Shown one piece after another: positions 56,440 through 64,000 of a stretch of DNA of 64,000 bases. How positions within the stretch are numbered: position 1 is the first letter of the stretch; each line of letters opens with the position of its first letter. The notes under the pieces were generated by a model. The model had not been told where the DNA came from. It ran no database searches and saw only the letters and a list, made by a program, of their open reading frames with translations. Position numbers and translations under genes: made by a program. The stretch lies in the sequence record MW250786, one strand, 5' to 3'. The stretch is from Escherichia phage UPEC06.

Positions 56440-57972
56440 TTGAAGAAGAAGAATAAAGGTCGCAACACACAGGTTCGTAAAGCGACGAGCGAAGAATTAA
56501 ACGTTGCTCGTTTACGAATGAGTGAGCAAGGTACTTTTGCTTTAGCTAAGGTTCAGGTAGAAACTGAACGCATGAAAGCTGAAGAAATTAAATGGCCTCA
56601 ATTGATCGGTACAGTTGAAGCTATGAAACAAGATGCTACGGTAGCGACTGGTCTTGATATGCTTTACACTTTCGTAGAGAAAGCATTCAAGGACTTCAAA
56701 GTAATCCCTGGCAAATCTAAAGAGTCTCAAGACGCAGCAGAGTTCATTACCTTCTGCCTTCGTAACATGGAAGGTCAAACCCTGCGTCAATTTGCCCGTG
56801 ACGCTGCCACATTTAACGAATACGGCATCTCTGTAGTTGAGAAGGTATATACTCAGATCCAGACTGGTGAATATGCAGGACGATTTAAGATTAAAAACCT
56901 TGCATTCCGTCCACAGGCTTCTCTGAGTCGTAAAAACCCTCTCGTGTACAGCGATGATGGTTCTCGTGTTATCGGTGTTAAACAGTCACTTGATTCTTTC
57001 AAGAACTACACAGATAGTCCACTTGGTGCTTCTATGAGTGGCCTGACTGGTTCTCGTAGAGGGAATGATGTTGTTATTCCAGCAAACAAGCTGATGATCA
57101 TGACGACTGGCGGTTCTTCTTCTCAAGCGCTCGGCGTTTCTCCGCTGGTTGCTTGTTACCGACCTTGGCGTGAAAAAGTTCTTATCGAGAACCTTGAAGT
57201 TGTTGGTGCTACGAAAGACATGGGTGGTGTTATCGAACTGAAGATTCCTTCTGCTATTCTTAACAAAGCAGCTATCGACCCTTCCAGTTACGAAGCTGAG
57301 ATGGTTCAAGGTCTAATGATGGATGCCGCAAACGCCCACTCAGGCGAGCAATCTTTCTTTATGTTACCGTCTGACGTTAAAGATAACTCACCCCTGTATT
57401 CAATGTCTCTGAAGGGCATTGACGGTATGGGTAAACAGTACAGTACTCGTGACCTGATCAGTGATCGTAAAAAATCAATCCTTGATCGTCTGGGCGCGGG
57501 ATTCCTGAACGTAGGTAATGATGCCTCTGGTTCATACAACCTGTCGGAATCAAAACAAACTATCCATACTCAATTTGTACAACGTGTTAATGAAATTATC
57601 GCTGAAGCACTGAATGAAAACCTGCTCCCTCAGCTTCTGGCTCTGAACGGTATTCGTCTGGCAGAAAAAGAAATGCCATTCGTTAAATTTGGTCAGATCG
57701 TTGATACAGACATGGAAGGTTTCTCTAAAGCGGTTCAGCGTATGGGTGCTGTCGGCTACTTGCCTAAGACACCGGAAGTTATTAATCGCATTCTTGATGT
57801 TCTTGGAATCGATTATCAAGTTGGTGAAGATATTTCGCAAGAAGAACTTATGCTTCTCCTTGGAGATAATACCAGTCGTTCTGGCGATGGCTTTGCACAG
57901 GGGACTTCTGGAAACGGGACTGCAAAGATTAGCGGAACAAGAGATAATTCAGTTTCTAATTTAGAAAATTGA
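56440..57972 (+). CDS. portal protein
   Basis: 510 aa; TTG start with a GAGGGG RBS; position between terminase and head genes. Confidence 0.7.
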   Translation: MKKKNKGRNTQVRKATSEELNVARLRMSEQGTFALAKVQVETERMKAEEIKWPQLIGTVEAMKQDATVATGLDMLYTFVEKAFKDFKVIPGKSKESQDAAEFITFCLRNMEGQTLRQFARDAATFNEYGISVVEKVYTQIQTGEYAGRFKIKNLAFRPQASLSRKNPLVYSDDGSRVIGVKQSLDSFKNYTDSPLGASMSGLTGSRRGNDVVIPANKLMIMTTGGSSSQALGVSPLVACYRPWREKVLIENLEVVGATKDMGGVIELKIPSAILNKAAIDPSSYEAEMVQGLMMDAANAHSGEQSFFMLPSDVKDNSPLYSMSLKGIDGMGKQYSTRDLISDRKKSILDRLGAGFLNVGNDASGSYNLSESKQTIHTQFVQRVNEIIAEALNENLLPQLLALNGIRLAEKEMPFVKFGQIVDTDMEGFSKAVQRMGAVGYLPKTPEVINRILDVLGIDYQVGEDISQEELMLLLGDNTSRSGDGFAQGTSGNGTAKISGTRDNSVSNLEN

Positions 57973-58038
57973 TCTTTGATTTAAATCAGACTCTTGCAAA
58001 ACGAATCGTTCAGTGTTAAAATAAATATCACGGGAGCA

Positions 58039-58611
58039 ATGATGGAAAACATTACTATCTCCGACCTTCCTTCACAAACCTATCTGTCCCGAATCCAAAA
58101 GGGACGGGCTGTGAAAAAGGCCAATGAGCTACTTAAACAGGGCTTCAATAAAGAGGCTTCTATTTCTGGAGCCATTGGCTCCGTTCTTGTCCAAAAAGCT
58201 GCACAGAAAGAAGAGATGATTTCTTACGAGATCATTTACGAACCTGATACGCCGGATGCTCATGGACAATGGATGAGCAAAGAGACACTAGTTAAAGCAC
58301 AGCAAGATTTCAAGAAAGCTCAAGAAATCGGTGCGGTAACTGAGAACTTGTACCACTTGGTTGATACCGAAGCATTCAAGATCGTAGATCATTGGATTCA
58401 GCCAGAAATTGATGTAACTGTCACACAAACAGGAGAAATCATAAAAGCAGGGTCATGGGTAGCAAAGGTTCAATATTCACCTGAAGCATGGGAGTTAAAG
58501 AAAGCTGGCATCGTCGGTGGATTATCTCTTCAGTGCGGTGGTATGTTGAATGAGGAAACAAATGAGCTATCCGATCTTGATTTCAGTATCGAATTGGAAG
58601 AGGAAGAATAA
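58039..58611 (+). CDS. head morphogenesis protein, putative XkdF-like prohead protease
   Basis: YEPDTPDAHGQWMSKETLVKAQQDF resembles the XkdF-family EPD..D..G motif; sits between portal and scaffold. Confidence 0.4.
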   Translation: MMENITISDLPSQTYLSRIQKGRAVKKANELLKQGFNKEASISGAIGSVLVQKAAQKEEMISYEIIYEPDTPDAHGQWMSKETLVKAQQDFKKAQEIGAVTENLYHLVDTEAFKIVDHWIQPEIDVTVTQTGEIIKAGSWVAKVQYSPEAWELKKAGIVGGLSLQCGGMLNEETNELSDLDFSIELEEEE

Positions 58612-59705
58612 TGATTAAGACCCTTATAGAGAAAGGTCGCCAGATTAAATCTCGCGGAATTGCTCTAACTCACCGAGATCAAGGCTACAGTGCGAACAAT
58701 CGACACGTAAGCCTCCTCACTAAATCTGACATTGACCCAAGCAAACTGACGGTTGATGTTATCAAAGCTCTTGAGCAAGTTCAAGTAACTATCAGTATGG
58801 AAGAGTTCTTACGTCGCTTCTTCCACATGTATTACGATGATGCAGAGTTACTTACTAAGCTGATGGGCTTCACAACTACCTTTGAAGACGAATACGCGGA
58901 TAAAGACCCTGAAGACTTGGATTCTTATACTGCTGATTACGTTAAACGTCATCAAGAATATCTCGATGAAAAACTCGAAACTATCTCCATTATCAAAAAA
59001 GCAAAAGAAGGTGAAGATCTTTCCCTGATCGAACGCTTTGAGTTAATTAAGACTCGTAAGCAATTCGAAGACGGTTGTAAAGAATTAGCTTTGGATTTTG
59101 GTGATGAATCTGAATTACGCAAACCAGAAACTGGTGAAGTAGTTAAATCAGCTACTAAGCCTGAACCTGTAAGCTCCGCTGGAGCGACCACAACCATCAA
59201 GGAGACTCCTGTGGAAAAAGAAGTAGATGTAACCAAGTCCCAACAATTCATTGATCTGATGAAAGCTAATGAAGCGTTGATGGCTCAGGTTGAAGGTATG
59301 AAAGAAACCTTCACCGCTGCTCAAGAAATCGTTAAAGCTCAGGCTGTTGCAAAACGTGAAGTTGCCTTGAACAAAGCTGCAAGTTTTGGTTTTGTTGCTG
59401 ATGACCAACGTGAAGCTGTTGCTGACCTGATCGAAGACCCAGCTAAAGCATCTGTTGTTGCTGTGCTGGAAAAAGCTGCTGCTGCTCTTAAAGAGAAAGA
59501 CGAAGCTCTCGTCGCTAAAGATGCAGAAATCGAAGAGATCAAAAAATCCTTCGCTGACGGCAAAGAAGTAGGTGCTGATGGTCAACTGACTGAAGTTGCT
59601 AAAGGCTCTGAAGACGCTCAGGCTCGTTTGAACCGAGTAATCGCAGAACGTGCAGCAGAGATCGCTAAGGCTGCTAACGGCAATGCTGAATTTATTAACG
59701 CCTAA
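58611..59705 (+). CDS. scaffolding protein
   Basis: 364 aa; Ala/Glu/Lys-rich predicted coiled coil; upstream of decoration and capsid genes. Confidence 0.65.
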   Translation: MIKTLIEKGRQIKSRGIALTHRDQGYSANNRHVSLLTKSDIDPSKLTVDVIKALEQVQVTISMEEFLRRFFHMYYDDAELLTKLMGFTTTFEDEYADKDPEDLDSYTADYVKRHQEYLDEKLETISIIKKAKEGEDLSLIERFELIKTRKQFEDGCKELALDFGDESELRKPETGEVVKSATKPEPVSSAGATTTIKETPVEKEVDVTKSQQFIDLMKANEALMAQVEGMKETFTAAQEIVKAQAVAKREVALNKAASFGFVADDQREAVADLIEDPAKASVVAVLEKAAAALKEKDEALVAKDAEIEEIKKSFADGKEVGADGQLTEVAKGSEDAQARLNRVIAERAAEIAKAANGNAEFINA

Positions 59706-59725
59706 TTATTGAGGAAACGAATAGA

Positions 59726-60157
59726 ATGGCTAAAGCACATGTTGTAACTCTCGAAGGTAACTACTCTGATATCGTACTGGGCCGTGTTGTTGCATTTGGT
59801 GACACTGGTTGGAACTTTGAAGAAGTAGAAATGGATTATACTGCTGATCTGGTCGCAGGTCTGCTGGTTAAAGCTGATGGTACTCCGGCTGCTGTTGCAG
59901 ACGCTGCTGACGTTTACGGTGTTCTGGTTGACCGTAAAGTTCTGCCTGGTGTTACCAAGCATGACGGCGCTACCCCGATGGCTGGTGAGAAGCTTCCTAT
60001 GACTATCGCTGTTCGTGGTCTGACCCTGAACGCAACCAAACTGGTCTACGCTGACGGTACTGCAATTGACGATGCTGGTCGCCTGGCTCTGTCTAAAGCT
60101 GGTAACCAAGTAACTGATCGTGTAGTAGCTACCGAATTCCTCGGCGCTGTCCTGTAA
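59726..60157 (+). CDS. head decoration protein
   Basis: 143 aa, immediately upstream of the major capsid gene (lambda D/E-like order); strong codon bias. Confidence 0.5.
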   Translation: MAKAHVVTLEGNYSDIVLGRVVAFGDTGWNFEEVEMDYTADLVAGLLVKADGTPAAVADAADVYGVLVDRKVLPGVTKHDGATPMAGEKLPMTIAVRGLTLNATKLVYADGTAIDDAGRLALSKAGNQVTDRVVATEFLGAVL

Positions 60158-60180
60158 CTTTTTCGAAGGAGAATATTTAA

Positions 60181-61176
60181 ATGCAAAATGGTGATTTTCA
60201 AATCCTGGATTACACTGGCCTGATCTCTACTCTGCCGCGTGTTGATACCCTGCTTCAAAGCATGAACCTGTTCACTGAGAACTTTGGTCGTACTACTATC
60301 GCTAAAATCGAACGTCGTGATGACGGTGCTGGTCAGATCAATGCTGTACAGCGTGGTAGCGTTCGTCAGCACCTGGGTAATGATCGTAAAAAGATCGTCA
60401 ACCTGAATATCCCGTTCTTCCCTCTGGACCGTTCTATCGACCGTGCAGACATTCAGAACTTCCGTGAATTCGGTACTGACAACGCTCCGGCAACTGTTGA
60501 AGCTGAAGTGGCTCGTCACCTTGCTAGAATTCGTCGCAGTCATGCAGTTCTGAAGTCTAAAGCAATGTACGCTGCTCTGAAAGGTACTTCCTGGTCGCCA
60601 AATGATCCGGTTTGTGATTACGACTACTACGATGTTTGGGGTGTAACCCAGCAGACTGCTGACGTTGACTTCACCGCTCTGGCTATTGACCCGATTGAAG
60701 TGCTGGAAGCTGAAGCTCGTGCACACATCATCGATTACGCTGGTGACCAAGGTGACAACTACGAGATCGTCGTTATGGCATCCCGTCAGTGGTTCTCTGC
60801 TCTGATCGCTCACCCGCAGGTAACTGGTGCATATTCTCAGTACCCTTCTACTCAGGAAGTCCTGCGTCGTCGTCTGGGCGGTAATGCCAACAACCGTATC
60901 TTCGAACACAAGAACATCCTGTTCATCGAAGACATTTCCGGTAACATCCCTGCTGGTGAAGCATACATCTTCCCTCGTGGTATCGATCGTATGTTCGAAA
61001 TCTATTACGCGCCGAGCGACACTCTGGAAGGTGCTAACCAAGTAGCTCAGGAACTGTATGTATTCTTCAAAGAATCTCAGTACCTGCGTGAAGCGAAGAT
61101 CGAATCTGAAACTTCCTTCCTGACTGTTAACAACCGTCCTGAACTGGTAGTTAAGTCTGTTGGTAAGTTTGAATAA
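60181..61176 (+). CDS. major capsid protein (lambda gpE-like)
   Basis: 331 aa; strong codon bias; GAAGGAG RBS; strong terminator directly after; head-module position. Confidence 0.75.
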   Translation: MQNGDFQILDYTGLISTLPRVDTLLQSMNLFTENFGRTTIAKIERRDDGAGQINAVQRGSVRQHLGNDRKKIVNLNIPFFPLDRSIDRADIQNFREFGTDNAPATVEAEVARHLARIRRSHAVLKSKAMYAALKGTSWSPNDPVCDYDYYDVWGVTQQTADVDFTALAIDPIEVLEAEARAHIIDYAGDQGDNYEIVVMASRQWFSALIAHPQVTGAYSQYPSTQEVLRRRLGGNANNRIFEHKNILFIEDISGNIPAGEAYIFPRGIDRMFEIYYAPSDTLEGANQVAQELYVFFKESQYLREAKIESETSFLTVNNRPELVVKSVGKFE

Positions 61177-61191
61177 TCTTAATAACTGATT

Positions 61192-61221
61192 AAAGGTCAC
61201 CTTCGGGTGGCCTTTTTTATT
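61192..61221 (+). terminator. Intrinsic terminator after the major capsid gene
   Basis: Hairpin aaaggtcacc-ttcg-ggtggccttt followed by ttttttatt. Confidence 0.8.
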
Positions 61222-61300
61222 ATGCCTGTACAATTTAGGCAAAATAGTGTACCATTATAAGATAGGCTATTAATCTAATCAATGACGAAGGAGTAATTTA

Positions 61301-61894
61301 ATGTCTAAGCAAACTCACTTGGAAATTTTTAAAAGTGAATATCACATGCTCAAGTTCTTCGGTGAATATCTAGAAAAGCTTGATGTAAACACCTCTGCAC
61401 GTTTAGGTGCATTCCTTTACAGCTACGACGGAAAACTAGTCCTTGCCCGTGGCCTTTATGATTTTCTAACTCAAATGGAAAAGATGACCGCTCTCGGTAT
61501 CGACACCCTTGCTTCTGTGCAAAAAGGTACAAGTTTCCTAGTATTCTTTAAAGAGAAGCCTAAAGATCCTTTAAAATTCCGTTTGGATGTTAAGAAAATT
61601 GAGGCTGTCAAAGAAGCCATTGTTACTGATACTCCAACTAAGGTAATGGAAGAGTCTGTACTTGTCAACACTAAAGTTGAAGAAGTTAAAGAAGTTGAAG
61701 TAAAGGAAGAATTAACTGCTCGTACTGAAGAAGAAAAATCTCAGATCTTAGCCAAGGCTGAAGAACTGCGTGACGACAGCAAAAAGTCTGCATCTAAGGC
61801 GGCATTGGAAGCTTTCGCTGTGGAATACGGCATTTCACTGAGCAAAGGTAAAACCTTTGATGGGATGCTTGAAGATTTAGCTGCTGCACTTTAA
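61301..61894 (+). CDS. hypothetical protein (Lys/Glu-rich middle region)
   Basis: 197 aa; GAAGGAG RBS. Confidence 0.55.
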   Translation: MSKQTHLEIFKSEYHMLKFFGEYLEKLDVNTSARLGAFLYSYDGKLVLARGLYDFLTQMEKMTALGIDTLASVQKGTSFLVFFKEKPKDPLKFRLDVKKIEAVKEAIVTDTPTKVMEESVLVNTKVEEVKEVEVKEELTARTEEEKSQILAKAEELRDDSKKSASKAALEAFAVEYGISLSKGKTFDGMLEDLAAAL

Positions 61895-61905
61895 TCTCAC
61901 CTCAT

Positions 61906-61921
61906 GCCCCTGTTCAGGGGC
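61906..61921 (+). terminator. Weak hairpin (gcccc-tgttca-ggggc) after the 61301-61894 gene
   Basis: Stem-loop without a strong U-run. Confidence 0.25.
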
Positions 61922-61946
61922 TTAAATCCCTAGGAGAATTTTATAA

Positions 61947-64000
61947 ATGGCTGAATATAATGATAAGGTCGTGGAAGCATTCGTTACTGCTCCTGATCCT
62001 GTCGTAACTACCACTGGTGGTGGAGTTATTTTTAACGGTATTGAAACGGAAGATACTGTATCTACCCTGTTAGTTGGTAATGGTACTGCCTCTTCCCCTC
62101 TGCAAGCTCAAGTTAAGCTATCTCGCCGTGCAGGTAACGCCCTGACTCTGGTTCAGACTGATAACGAGGAAGGCTTGTTTGCTTCCGCTGGAGATGCTAA
62201 AGTATCTACCTCTCAGGCGAACGTTGCAAAATACGTCACTGCGGAAGAAGCTGCTGCTCAAGGTGATGCCAGTTTGGAAGGTGTTCTGGTTGAGCCAGTT
62301 CATGCTACCACTACCGCTGTTGGTGACGCACTGGAAATTACCGCAGATCCTCTGGTTGCTAAAAACTCCCGTATATCCCTGAAAGTTTCCACCTCTTCAA
62401 CTAACGCTTTGTCTGTAGACCCTGATGGTTTGGCAGTTAAAGTTTCCCCCGCTATCGACAACAGCTTGCAAGTTCGTGAAGGTGCACTGTATGTAGCTCC
62501 AGTTGGTGCTGACATTTCTCAAGATGCAGGTAACAAACTGGAACAACGTTCAGATGGTCTGTTTGTAGAAACCATCAAAGGTGACAAAGGCGATCAGGGT
62601 GAACAAGGACCAGCAGGTCCACAAGGCCCAGCCGGAGAAACTGGACCTGCTGGCCCGCAGGGTGAAAAAGGGGATAAAGGGGATACTGGAGAAGTCGGTC
62701 CTGCTGGCGCAACTGGACCTATCGGTCTGACTGGCGCAACTGGCCCTCGTGGTGTAGAAGGTCCTCGTGGCCCTGCTGGTATTGGTATCAACATCCTCGA
62801 CACCTTGGCATCTGAAGATCAATTGCCTTCTGTTGTTGATCTTGCGAATGGTGATACATACGTAATCGGACAGAGTTTCTTTACCGTTATCACTGAAGGT
62901 GGTATCAAACAATGGAGAAACGTAGGTAACTTCGCTGGACCTGAAGGTCTTTCTGCATTTGAAGTTGCTGAAACCGCAGGCTTTGTTGGAACAGTCGATG
63001 ACTGGTTGGCTACCCTTCGTGGTGCTGACGGTATAGGTCTGCAACTCCTTGGTTCTTTCCAGCGTATCGAAGATCTTCCTCAAGAAGAGAACAAACCTGG
63101 TGATGCCTACATCATTCAAGAAAAGATGTATGTTTGGACTGGTGATACAGATGGCTGGCAACCTGTAGGACAGATCGGTCCTGAAGGTCGTTCTGCTTAT
63201 CAGGTCTGGCTGGCTAACGGGAACGTAGGTTCTCAGCGTGAATTCCTTGAATCACTGAAAGGTGAGAAAGGTGATACTGGCGATCAGGGTCCTCAGGGTA
63301 TCCCAGGTGCAGATGGTAAAAATGCTAACGCCATTAATATCTTAGGTTCCGTTGCAGATCAGGCGAGTTTGCCAGAAGGTGCAGATGCAGGTGATGCTTA
63401 CCTGATCGGTACTAACGTATTCGTTTCTGATGGTGCTGGCAACTGGCAAGACTTGGGATCTTTCCAAGGTCCGCAAGGTCCTACTGGTGCTAAAGGCGAC
63501 AAGGGTGACAAAGGGGACAAAGGGGACAAAGGCGATAAAGGTGATGACAACTATGCCATCGCAGTTGCTAACGGTTTCCAAGGATCAGTAAATGAATACC
63601 TTGCATCTATCAAGGGTGAGAAAGGTGACGTTGGTGCAACTGGCCCTCGTGGATTGGCTGGTCCACAAGGTGAACAAGGTCCTGTTGGTGCGGGTCTGAA
63701 TATCCTTGGCTCAGTAGCTTCCGAAGATCAATTACCTCAGACTGGTATTAGTGAAGGTGACGCTTATCTGATTGAAGCTGATCTTTATATCTTCACTGGC
63801 GGTCAGTGGACTAACGTTGGTAACATCAAAGGTCCTCAGGGTGATATTGGTCCTGTAGGTCCACAAGGTCCTATCGGCTTGACTGGTGCACAGGGACCGC
63901 AGGGTGCAACAGGAGCACAAGGCCCTGCTGGCCCACAAGGTGAGACGGGTCCACAAGGTGGTATCGGTCCACAGGGAGAAACTGGAGAGAAAGGCGATAA
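61947..64000 (+). CDS. collagen-like repeat fiber protein (partial; continues past the window end)
   Basis: ATG at 61947 with an AGGAG RBS; open frame to position 64000; G-X-Y tracts (GDKGDQGEQGPAGPQGPAGETGPAGPQGEKGDKGD; GDKGDKGDKGDKGDKGD) alternate with four copies of a ~45-aa NILGSVA..EDQLP..GDAYLI module. Confidence 0.75.
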   Translation, partial: MAEYNDKVVEAFVTAPDPVVTTTGGGVIFNGIETEDTVSTLLVGNGTASSPLQAQVKLSRRAGNALTLVQTDNEEGLFASAGDAKVSTSQANVAKYVTAEEAAAQGDASLEGVLVEPVHATTTAVGDALEITADPLVAKNSRISLKVSTSSTNALSVDPDGLAVKVSPAIDNSLQVREGALYVAPVGADISQDAGNKLEQRSDGLFVETIKGDKGDQGEQGPAGPQGPAGETGPAGPQGEKGDKGDTGEVGPAGATGPIGLTGATGPRGVEGPRGPAGIGINILDTLASEDQLPSVVDLANGDTYVIGQSFFTVITEGGIKQWRNVGNFAGPEGLSAFEVAETAGFVGTVDDWLATLRGADGIGLQLLGSFQRIEDLPQEENKPGDAYIIQEKMYVWTGDTDGWQPVGQIGPEGRSAYQVWLANGNVGSQREFLESLKGEKGDTGDQGPQGIPGADGKNANAINILGSVADQASLPEGADAGDAYLIGTNVFVSDGAGNWQDLGSFQGPQGPTGAKGDKGDKGDKGDKGDKGDDNYAIAVANGFQGSVNEYLASIKGEKGDVGATGPRGLAGPQGEQGPVGAGLNILGSVASEDQLPQTGISEGDAYLIEADLYIFTGGQWTNVGNIKGPQGDIGPVGPQGPIGLTGAQGPQGATGAQGPAGPQGETGPQGGIGPQGETGEKGD

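Noticed and set aside
55543-57964. Antisense and alternate-frame ORFs inside the terminase and portal genes (55543-56067, 55568-55771, 55889-56110, 56112-56324, 56542-56790, 56986-57309, 57306-57539, 57550-57840, 57689-57964)
   Set aside because: Overlap long plus-strand structural genes that have RBSs and coherent products.
58952-61242. Minus-strand ORFs antisense to scaffold, decoration and capsid genes (58952-59251, 59148-59585, 59339-59563, 59702-60109, 60046-61242) and plus-strand 60827-61045
   Set aside because: Antisense to the strongly codon-biased head genes; 60046-61242 is long only because the sense strand is GC-skewed and poor in antisense stop codons.
62118-63956. Minus-strand ORFs (62118-62303, 62300-62515, 62550-63161, 62594-62803, 63342-63581, 63732-63956) and the plus-strand 62179-62382
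   Set aside because: Antisense or off-frame readings of the collagen-like G-X-Y repeats; the long plus-strand frame from 61947 is the real gene.

Overview
This 64 kb window reads as a tailed-phage (Caudoviricetes-type) genome segment; I cannot assign it to a named phage from sequence alone. Positions 1-1075 are an ORF-poor, repeat-rich non-coding region. Positions ~1118-49828 are a dense minus-strand block of early/middle genes: three tandem RCC1-like repeat paralogs, many small hypotheticals, a tRNA/translation-associated cluster (class II aaRS-like, MazG-like, Pol-beta nucleotidyltransferase, PTH2-like, CCA-adding enzyme), a DNA methyltransferase, a ClpP-like protease, a full nucleotide-metabolism module (NrdAB, NrdDG, glutaredoxin, ThyX, dNMP kinase, HAD nucleotidase, PhoH), an M15 endolysin, several structure-specific nucleases, a NADAR-domain protein and a DNA ligase. 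Positions 49829-50205 are a divergent AT-rich intergenic region with a near-consensus minus-strand promoter, a GATC cluster and iteron-like repeats. Positions 50206-64000 are plus-strand: small genes, a tRNA island (5 canonical tRNAs plus 3 aberrant tRNA-like elements and an embedded nuclease ORF), spanins, then a lambda-like head module (terminase large subunit, portal, putative protease, scaffold, decoration, major capsid) and a collagen-like fiber gene that runs off the window end. The most notable observations are the RCC1-like paralog triplet with a shared N-terminal motif, an exact 91-bp frameshifting tandem duplication inside the CCA-adding enzyme gene, the tRNA-repair-like gene cluster, and the origin-like GATC/iteron region. 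All functional calls rest on motifs read by eye; no database search was run. In the ORF track, M at position 1 can stand for GTG or TTG starts.
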